A stretch of 35,772 bases of DNA, from positions 1 to 35,772 of the forward strand of contig NW_021831730.1 of NCBI RefSeq assembly GCF_006345805.1. The letters run 5' to 3'. The DNA is from Octopus sinensis (taxonomy: Eukaryota). Positions within the stretch are counted from its first letter, which is position 1, and the number at the start of each line of letters is the position of its first letter. A program made the translations under genes and the position numbers. Under the pieces are notes generated by a model. It ran no database searches and was not told where the DNA came from. It worked only from the letters and a program-made list of their open reading frames with translations. Shown in pieces: positions 9,196-18,314 of this stretch.

Positions 9196-11980
9196 GTGGA
9201 GTGAAGGAAGCAGTGTTAGGGCAGTCGACGGAAGAGAAGTGCACTGCGAAGTGCACGTGGAGTGGAGGAAGCAGTGTTAGGGCAGTCGACGGAAGAGAAG
9301 TGCACTGCGAAGGGTTTACGGATGCGCAGATTGTGGTGCAGGGACTACAGCTGACGTTGCGAGCAATTTTGGTTGGTCACTTGGTGGACGAGATCGACGT
9401 GGTGATGGGGATGGATGCAATCACCCGTTTGGGAGGTGTCACCGTCAACGAGGCTGGCGTAACATTTGGGTTAGCGAGGAAACCGTGTAGGGCGAGACCG
9501 TGCAGCGACGACAACCGTGAGGAAAAGGATGCGGCGCACACCATTGAAGACCAGGATTTTCGGGCTGTCTTTGATGGCGAGAGGTGGACAGTGGAGTGGC
9601 ACTGGAAGGGAGAGCCCCCGATGTTAAAGAATAAAGTGGGCTGCTATCAGCATACTCTAAAAGGAGATGCCAGAAGTGAGTCGAGGGGGAGGTGGAGCGG
9701 TGGATTAAGGAGGGCATAGTGATCCTCTGGGAAAAAGAAGAGAGCGGAGTCCTGCCACTGATGGCGGTGATACAGCCCACAAAGCGTAAGGTCAGGCCAG
9801 TGCTCGACTTCCGAGAGCTGAATGACCACGTGTCGTGTCATACAGGCGGCGAGGCCACGGATGTCTGCGGAGACACCTTGCGAGAGTGGAGGCAGACGGC
9901 GGGGGCCTCCACGATTGTCGATTTAAAGTCGGCATACCTTCAGGTGCATGTTGCTGAGAAAGTATGGAAGTACCAGCTCGTCAGGTATAGGGGCCGGACA
10001 TACTGTCTGACCAGGTTGGGATTCGGGCTGAATTCAGCGCCGAAGATTATGGCAACAATTCTCAAGGCCATCCTGGGTAAGGTGGACAGAATAAAAAGGG
10101 CCTCCAATTCATACATCGACGACATTCTGGTGGATGAAACCGTGATACCAGCAACGGAGGTCATAGGCCACCCGAAGAGTTTTGGACTGATGGCTAAGCC
10201 GCCAGAGGCTATGGAGGGAGGTGCTGCACTGGGCCTCAAGCTATGGAGAGACAAGGCCGGCGCCTTGGTGTTCCGGCGAGGGAATGAGGTCCCTGAACTG
10301 GGCGCCAGCATGAGTAGACGGGAACTGTTCTCTGTGTGTGGGAAGCTGGTGAGACACTACCCGATTGCAGGCTTGCTCCGGACAGCATGTAGCTTCATCA
10401 AGAGACGAGCCGAAGGAGTGAAGTGGAATGATAAAGTGGGGGAGAGGACAATCGACATGATGCAGGAAGTCTTGGTCAGAGTAGGAGCAGAGGACCCGGT
10501 GAGGGTCAGCTGGTATGTTCCCAAATCAAAGAGCGGGATCGTATGGTGTGACGCCAGTAGCATCGCAATAGGGGTCGTCTTGGAAGTGGGCGGTGTCACG
10601 GTGGAAGATGCGGCCTGGCTCAGGAAGACGGATGACTGCAATCACATCAACGTGGCGGAGTTGGATGCCGTGCTGAAGGGGGTGATCCTAGCCTTGAAGT
10701 GGGGGTTGCCCACCAAAGAAATCAGGACTGATTCGGCCACTGTACTTTGTTGGGCGACAGCAGTCATCACCGATGAGCGGAGGGTGCGGACCAAAGGGGC
10801 TGCAGAGATGCTGGTAAAGCGTCGATTAGGAATACTGCGTGAACTAACCACTGGGTTCAATCTGAAGCTGAGCGTGAAGAACAGGGCAGACGTCCTGACC
10901 AGGGTAAAGCGAGCCTGGTTGCAGGTGCCAGAGGATGCGAAGCAGGCTGTAGCTGCAGTATGCCGTCTGAGCGACTCGGAGTTACGCAGACTACACACCA
11001 TGCATCACATGGGTGTGGACAGGACATTGTTCCTAACCAGAAAAGTTGTCTCCGACGTAACAAGACAGAGCGTGCAGAGAGTGGTTAGCAATTGTGACAG
11101 GTGCCAGTCCATCGACCCTGCTCCGGTCGTGCATGAAGCGGGAAGTATTCCAGTGGACCAGGACTGGAGACGACTGGCGGTGGACATAACACACTACCGG
11201 CAGGGGACATACCTCTCAATGGTTGACTGCGGACCGGGGCGGTTCGCCATATGGAGGGAGATGAAGTCGGGAACCGCAGAAGAAATTGTGAAAGTGTTGA
11301 ATGAGATATTCCTGGAACGAGGCCCCGTGGATGAACTGCTTCTGGACAATGGCACTGCGTTTCGCTCGGATGTGCTGAGAGAAATGCTTGATGAGTGGAA
11401 GGTCAACCGCTTCTTCAGGGCGGCATACCGGCCAAGTGGAAACGGGGTGGTGGAAAGGCATCATCGTACCATCAAGGCCATGGCAGAGAGGGGTCACATT
11501 TCACCAGTCGAGGCCGTGTTTTGGTACAATATGTCGCCCAGATCAGGACAGGCTGAGGAGTCGGTGCCACACAGGGCAATATTCAGGTACGAGTGGAGGC
11601 ATCTGTGTACTACATCAATGCGACCCGGGGCAGAGGAAGAGCACGCCTTCGTGCAGGTCGGGGAGGAAGTCTGGGTAAAACCCGCAAACGCACGGTGTAT
11701 ATCGCAATGGGGAAAGGGGACAATAACCTCCGTAAATTCAAAGAATAACATCTCGGTCGATGGTATGCCACGCCACGTTTTAAACATACGGAGGATTGTC
11801 CATGCCCCAGAGGATGTGGCCAGCAGCAGTGAGCAAGACGAAAACAACAGACAGGATGACGAGGTCGGCAGCAACACACCAGAAACAAGTCCTAGGGTCG
11901 CACTGCGACCACAGAGGGAGCGGCACCCTCCTCCCTGGTTGGCTGATTATGAAACCAGTTTCAGGTGCGGGTGTGAGTGA
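9196..11980 (+). pseudogene. pol: Second pol copy: PR C-terminus, RT (YIDD), RNase H, integrase; 762-codon open frame at 9692-11980
   Basis: 1 bp deletion at ~9681 relative to the inverted copy; 18 bp in-frame deletion (IFVPSE) in RNase H; HHCC and DDE motifs and a C-terminal RERHPPPWLADY. Confidence 0.92.
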
Positions 11981-12002
11981 GGAAGCCGGTTCAGTGATCT
12001 AT

Positions 12003-12015
12003 AGATCAGGGGGCG
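12003..12015 (+). promoter_or_regulatory. Polypurine tract
   Basis: AGATCAGGGGG followed by CG directly before the 3' LTR TG; same motif at 913 and 4543. Confidence 0.8.
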
Positions 12016-12291
12016 TGTGGTGTGATGGTGAAGGAGTGTGACGGAATGGGGGGGAGCGGAAGTGGGGCCTGCAGGTCTTGCAGGGCGCTCTCGCGGGCGG
12101 AAGCGGAAGTGACAGACAGAACGCACGTGCGGAATTGACCAGTTGCGCCAGACACGACGAAGACACCGAGAAGACACGACGCGAGCGAGTTGGCTAAAGG
12201 CGATCCGAGTTCATCTCCGGCCAGGTAAGACCCAATTACATTTCCATTCCTTTCCTTGTTCTGTTGTACTCTTTTCACCATTCATACTACA
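12016..12291 (+). repeat. 3' LTR, type B
   Basis: TGTGG...CATACTACA, followed by the TSD GTATA. Confidence 0.95.
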
Positions 12292-12480
12292 GTATATATA
12301 CGTATGTATGTATGTATGTATGTATGTATGTATGTATGTATGTATGTACGTATGTATGTATGTATGTATGTATGTATGTATGTAGTATGTATGTATGTAT
12401 GTATGTATGTGCGTGTGTGTGTATGTATGTATGTACGCATGAATGTATTTGAGCATGTATGTATTTGCATGTGTGTATGT
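12292..12480. repeat. (TATG)n microsatellite
   Basis: Long GTAT/TATG run. Confidence 0.97.
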
Positions 12481-12481
12481 A

Positions 12482-12795
12482 CGAAGGGTTACTCAAAAGA
12501 AACTGGAATTTTGCAATATTATTTTATTCGCTTAGTTTTATGTTTACACTTTTATCGTCTTCAAAGTATTCTCCATTTAAAGAAATGCATTGGAATTCTT
12601 GCGAAGCAATGCTTTTTAACGCCTCCGTTGCTTTTTTTTTTTTTTTACTTCGTCCACGTCTGCAAATCGTTTACCGTTAAGGACGTTTTTTTATTTGGAT
12701 GAACAAAAAGAAGTCTCAGGGACGAAGATCGAGTGAATGAATAGAGAGGGTGTGTACGCGCGGTCATGCCATTATTGATCAAAAACTAGAATAAA
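12482..12795 (-). mobile_element. Mariner (DD34D-type) transposon 3'-end fossil with terminal repeat
   Basis: Minus-strand translation NNGMTARTHPLYS..LDLRP*DFFLFIQIKNVLNGKRFADVDEVK..ATEALKSI..CISLNGEYFEDD matches the mariner HPPYSPDLAPxD C-terminus; terminus TA|CGAAGGG at 12480-12488. Confidence 0.85.
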
Positions 12796-12869
12796 TCAAT
12801 CAATCAATCAATCATATACATACATACTTATATATATATATAATATATATATATTATATATATATAAAC

Positions 12870-13498
12870 ATAGTAGAAATATTAAAATTACTAAGTCTCT
12901 CTAAAAGAGATCGCGGCCGGCAGCGTTCCTGGAAAATAATAGTTATCGCCATACTAATATGGCATTCTTATAAAAATAAGAATAAAGCTGTCCGCTTATT
13001 AGCTCCATGAGGCCATCGCCTTAAGTTAGCTATTTGATACACAAACTGTATCCATATAACCTTCGAACAAGGGAGGTCAGTCGCTCCACACTACTTGACC
13101 GACAGCTACAGACGCGTTTCGGGGTATTGCCCCTTTTCAATGTAGCGTAGTCAGACCAGTAGGTGTCGCTTCTGACAATCTCTGTTCGAAGGTTTTATTT
13201 ACCTAGTTTCAGTGGAATACATCCACTTGTTTTCAATAATAGAAATATTAAAATTACTAAGTCTCTCTAAAAGAGATCGCGGCAGCGTTCTTGGAAAATA
13301 ATAGTTATCGCCATACTAATATGTAGCTGTCGGTCAAGTAGTGTGGAGCGACTGACCTCCCTTGTTCGAAGGTCATATGGATACAGTTTGTGTATCAAAT
13401 AGCTAACTTAAGGCGATGGCCTCATGGAGCTAATAAGCGGACAGCTTCATTCTTATTTTTATAAGAATGCCATATTAGTATGGCGATAACTATTATTT
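12870..13498. mobile_element. Penelope pLTR / retrozyme-like repeat: a 1.25-mer on the minus strand (12870-13322) joined to an inverted partial copy (13322-13498)
   Basis: Direct repeat 12870-12960/13236-13322; 13322-13498 is the reverse complement of 12934-13110; carries a hammerhead; flanked by (TA)n. Confidence 0.75.
13099..13154 (-). ncRNA. Type I hammerhead ribozyme, U3-A8 variant
   Basis: Minus strand GCUACA-UUGAAAA-GGGG CAAUA CCCC-GAA-AC GC GU-C|UGUAGC: 6 bp stem I, 4 bp stem II, palindromic ACGCGU stem III, GUC cleavage triplet. Confidence 0.82.
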
Positions 13499-13499
13499 A

Positions 13500-14688
13500 T
13501 ATAAACATACTTATATATATACGTACATATATATATACATATATATATACAAATATATACATATATATATACATATATATACATATATATATACTTATAT
13601 ATACATATATATATATACATACATATATATACATTCTTATATATATATATCACATATATATACATACACACACACACACATATATATACACACACACACA
13701 CACACATATATATACATACACGCACACACATATATATATATATACATACACACACACATATATATACATACACACACACAAACACACATATATATATACA
13801 TACACACACACATATATATATACATACACACACACATACATATATACATACACACACACACATACATATATACATACACACACACACATATATATATACA
13901 TACACACATACATATATACATACATACATACATACACACACACACATATATATACATACACAGACACACACACACACATATATATATACATACACACACA
14001 CACACACATATATATACATACACACACACACACAACACACACACACACACACATATATATAATACTAGGGTCATAATTATGGGTGACAAATTCATATGAC
14101 ACCGCTAGAAAAAACTGCCGTTCAAACCGAAAACTGTGGATCTCTTCGGTTTGAACGGCAGTTTTTTCTAGAGGTGTCATATGAAATTGTCACCCATAAT
14201 TATGACCCTAGTATATATATATGTGTGTGTGTGTGTGTGTATGTATATATATGTGTGTGTATATATATATATGTGTGTGTGTGTATGTATGTATGTATAT
14301 ATGTATGTGTGTATGTATATATATGTGTGTGTGTGTGTATGATATATATGTATGTGTGTGTATGTATATATATATGTGTGTGTGTATGTATATATAAGTG
14401 TGTTTGTGTGTGTATGTATATATATATGTGTGTGTGTGTGTATGTATATATTTATGTGTGTGTGTATGTATATATATGTGTGTGTATGTATATATATGTG
14501 TGATGTATATATATATATATGTGGGTGTGTATGTATATATATGTGTGTGTGTATGTATATATATGTGTGTGTGTGTGTATGTATATATATGTGATATATA
14601 TATATAAGTATGTATATATATGTATTTATATATATATATGTATATATAAGTATATATATATGTATATATATGTATATATATATGTATT

Positions 14689-14730
<42 letters not shown>
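13500..14730. repeat. ~1.2 kb quasi-palindrome with (CA/TA)n left arm and (TG/TA)n right arm
   Basis: Arms are mirror images including rare landmarks (TACTTA/TAAGTA, ATCACAT/ATGTGAT); centred near 14138. Confidence 0.75.
14065..14211. mobile_element. 147 bp hairpin MITE-like element
   Basis: 67 bp arms (14065-14131 and 14145-14211) with 2 mismatches, a 13 nt loop and TA on both sides; superfamily not assignable. Confidence 0.8.
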
Positions 14731-14733
<3 letters not shown>

Positions 14734-14993
14734 CAATCCCAGAGGCACAATCAGTGCGTGACCTGGGTATTCACATGAGTGATGACGCGACCTTTCATGT
14801 ACATGTTGCTAAACTGACAATGAAATGTAGACGGCTGGCTGGATGGATTCTTAGAACCTTTAGAACAAGAGAACAAGAAACCATGATGGTCCTCTGGAAG
14901 ACACTTGTCCTAAGCCACTTTGACTATTGCTCTCAGCTATGGTTACCATCCAGTGTCAAGTTGATCAAAGAACTTGAGGCGATCCAACGAAGG
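14731..14993 (+). pseudogene. CR1/L2-group LINE ORF2 fragment downstream of the RT core
   Basis: [18 protein letters not shown]...ILRTF...YCSQLWLP...LEAIQRR. Confidence 0.85.
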
Positions 14994-15365
14994 GAGGTGA
15001 TCAGTTTCCTTCTGAATATTCGTTCCATGACCTTGCTGATGTGTGAGGTCAGAGAGATAGGTCTGTAGTTCTTGGCCTCCGCTCTGCTACCTCATTTATG
15101 AATGGACCTTCCTTCAGTTTTCTTGGAAGTTTGCCAGCTGCAAGGAAGCTCTGAAAGAGGAACTGCAGTGGTCTTGCTAGGAATCTCTTACATGCTTTTA
15201 GGAGGATTGCCGGGAATCCATGGGACCAGTAGCTGAGTCTCTTTTCATTTCAGCTATAGCCTTTATTACATCGTCTTCCTTTATATCGATGTAATCTATC
15301 GTCGCCGCCTCTGATTTTATATCTGCAGTGGTAAAGAAGTCAGTTGGATGGTGATTTGGAGCTGT
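14994..15365 (-). pseudogene. CR1/L2-group LINE RT N-terminal fragment, inverted
   Basis: Minus-strand translation with frameshifts: IDIKEDDVIKAIAEMKRDSATGP..PAILLK...LQFLFQSFL..GKLP...[19 protein letters not shown]. Confidence 0.85.
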
Positions 15366-15562
15366 TATATACATAGACACACACACACACAAACACAAAT
15401 ATATATACATACACACACCACTATATATATATACATATACACATACGCGCATATAAACATACACACACAATATATATATATACGTACACACACACACCAC
15501 TAATATATACATACACACACCACACATATATATACATACACACACATATATATATACATACA
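15366..15562. repeat. (CA/TA)n compound microsatellite
   Basis: Direct reading. Confidence 0.95.
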
Positions 15563-15833
15563 CCCTGTGTCATCCATGTTTTTAACCGTTACTGTCTCCC
15601 AAAAGATTTTTCGTTCATGTTCGTCTCTGTTGCGTTGCATTCTTTCCTTCTGTGGCTGGCTGATTCGGAGCGGATCTCAGAATTGAACGGCCGAAATCTG
15701 CGTTGAGGGATCAGTTTCTTACTGAAGAATGAAAGCTTTGAATGACCGTTTGTCTTTTTGTTCGTCCCTTCGTGTTTTTCACGTTATTTATTTATGTAAA
15801 GGTTTATTATATATATAATATATTATATATATA

Positions 15834-15889
<56 letters not shown>

Positions 15890-16512
15890 TATGTATATAT
15901 TAAATGTATGTATGTATATATATATATATATATGTATATATATGTGTGTGTATGTATATTATATGTGTGTGTGTGTATGTATATATATATATGTGTGTGT
16001 GTGTTATGTATATATATATGTGTGTGTGTGTTATGTATATATGTATGTGTGTGTATGTATATGTGTATGCGTGTGTGTGTATATATATATATATGTGTGT
16101 GTGTATGTATTATATATGTGTGTTTGTGTGTGTATGTTATATATATATGTGTGTGTGTGTGTGTAAGTATATATCTATGGGGTTTGTGGTGTGTGTATAT
16201 ATATATTATTATTATTTATCTCTAGCTTATTATATACATATATATATATATGTATGTGTGTATGTATATATATGTGTGTGTGTGTATGTATATATATGTG
16301 TGTGTGTGCATGTATATATATGTGTGTGTGTATGTATATATATATATATATGTATGTTATTATTTATTTATGCAAAGGTTTATTATATACATATATATAT
16401 ATATGTGTGTGTGTATGTATATATATATATGTTATTATTTATTTATCTAAAGGTTTATTATATACATATATATATATATGTATGTGTGTATGTATATATA
16501 TGTGTGTGTGTG

Positions 16513-16543
<31 letters not shown>

Positions 16544-16730
16544 GTTATTATTTATTTATGTCAAGGTTTATTATATACATATATATATATATATATGTAT
16601 GTGTGTATGTATATATATGTATGTGTGTGTATGTATATATATGTGTGTGTGTGTTTCATGTTCGTCTCTGTTGCGTTGCATTCTTTCATTCTGTGGCTGG
16701 CTGATTCGGAGCGGATCTCAGAATTAAACA

Positions 16731-16794
16731 GCCGAAATCTGCGATGAGGGATCAGTTTCTGACTGAAGAATGAAGGCTTTGAATGACCCGTTTG
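16731..16794 (+). other. Degenerate tRNA-Phe-like module (representative of 23 copies in the array)
   Basis: GCCGAAAT and GACTGAAGA are 22 nt apart (21 in tRNA-Phe); positions U8, A14, G18, G19, G20 and A21 are retained; degenerate B-box GGCTTTGAAT. Confidence 0.6.
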
Positions 16795-18280
16795 TTTTTT
16801 GTTCGTCCCTTCGTGTATTTCACGTTATTTATTTATGTAAAGTTTATTATATATATTTCGCAGCGTACGTGCATAATAACTCTTTATGTTTATCATATCA
16901 AAACCCCTGCACGATGTCTTTTTAAACTATTTTCTTTCCTTCGCCATTGCATCGTTGCCAAATTGTTTTGGGCCTACTATTTATCCAGCCTCTCTGATTC
17001 CTTCTCTCCCTCTCTCTTGATCACTGCTTCTTCTCTGTTCCTTCTCTCCCTCTCTCTCTCTCGGTCACTGCTTCTGTCCTCGCCTTCTACCCTCCTTGGT
17101 CCCCTCTCTCTCTTAGCCCCTCCTTTCTCTTACCCTCTTTCGACTTGCTGCCTCAGCCTTTCTCTTTCCATCGGCCACTTGTTCAACATGTGTCTTACCA
17201 CCGAAAAGGTAATTATTTTTCCACGATTGCTGATATTGTTTTTGTGTCTCTCTTTTTGTGTTAAAGCCATAGGGCGCCTTTGTAATCCATGTTTTAAACC
17301 GTTACTGTCTCCAAAAAAGATTTTTCGTTTCATGTTCGTCTCTGTTGCGTTGCACTCTTTCCTTCTGTGGCTGGCTGATTCGGAGCGGATCTCAGAATTG
17401 AACGGCCGAAATCTGCGATGAGGGATGAGTTTCTGACTGAAGAATGAAGGCTTTGAATGACCCGTTTGTCTTTTTGTTCGTCCCTTCGTGTATTTCACGT
17501 TATTTATTTATATGTATATATATATGTGTGTACGTATATATATGTGTGTGTCATTGTATGTTTTTATATATATATGTGTGTGTGTATGTGTATATGTAAG
17601 TGTGTGTATGTATATGTGTATGTGTGTGCGTATGTATATATATATGTGTGTGTGTATGTATATATATATGTGTGTTTGTGTATGTATATATATATGTGTG
17701 TGTGTGTAAAAGTATATATATGTGTGTGTTTGTGTGTGTGTGTGTATATAGATGTGCGTGTCTGTATGTATATATATGTGTGTGTGTGTGCATGTATATA
17801 TATGTGTGTGTGTATGTGTATATATGTGTGTGGTATGTATATATATATATATGTTATTATTATTATCCAAAGCTTATTATATGCATATATATATATATAT
17901 GTATGTGTGTATGTAATATATAGTGTGTGTGTATGTATATATATATATATATATATTATATAATATATATATATATATGTTATTATTTATTTATCTAAAG
18001 GTTTATTATATACATATATATATATGTATGTGTGTATTGTATATATATGTGTGTGTGTATATATATGTGCCTGTGTGCATGATATATATGTGTGTGTTTG
18101 TATACATATATATATGTTATTATTTATTTATGCAAAGGCTTATTATATACATATATATATATATGTGTGTGTGTATGTATATATATATATATATGTTATT
18201 ATTTATTTATCTAAAGTTTTATTATATACATATATATATATATATGTATGTGTGTATGTATATATATGTGTGTGTGTATG

Positions 18281-18314
<34 letters not shown>

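Larger units (their letters stand above)
5910..12291 (+). mobile_element. Two-LTR Ty3/Gypsy-like retrotransposon (LTR type B), internally rearranged and non-autonomous as assembled
   Basis: LTRs at 5910-6174 and 12016-12291 (4 substitutions and 2 indels by eye); GTATA at 5905-5909 and 12292-12296 as TSD; domain order gag, PR, RT, RH, IN. Confidence 0.95.

Noticed and set aside
8317-10136. The pol palindrome as a pure sequencing fold-back artefact
   Set aside because: The arms differ by many substitutions, the 61 bp duplication is in one arm only, and the junction recurs at 2163. Not fully excluded without reads.
11981-12015. env-like third ORF
   Set aside because: Only ~35 bp separate the integrase stop from the LTR.
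4-12281. Antisense and alternate-frame ORFs overlapping gag, pol and the LTRs
   Set aside because: Shadow ORFs of GC-rich coding sequence; they recur only because the element is duplicated. The exceptions are the true inverted pol ORFs at 8203-9119.
16725-16785. Module X as a type II hammerhead (CCGAAA ... AUC ... CUGAAGA)
   Set aside because: No stem I can form, stem II needs a 5 nt insertion, and both words are explained by tRNA-Phe ancestry.
16731-16800. Module X as a functional tRNA-Phe gene
   Set aside because: Acceptor, anticodon and T stems do not pair properly and the B-box is degenerate; kept only as tRNA-derived.
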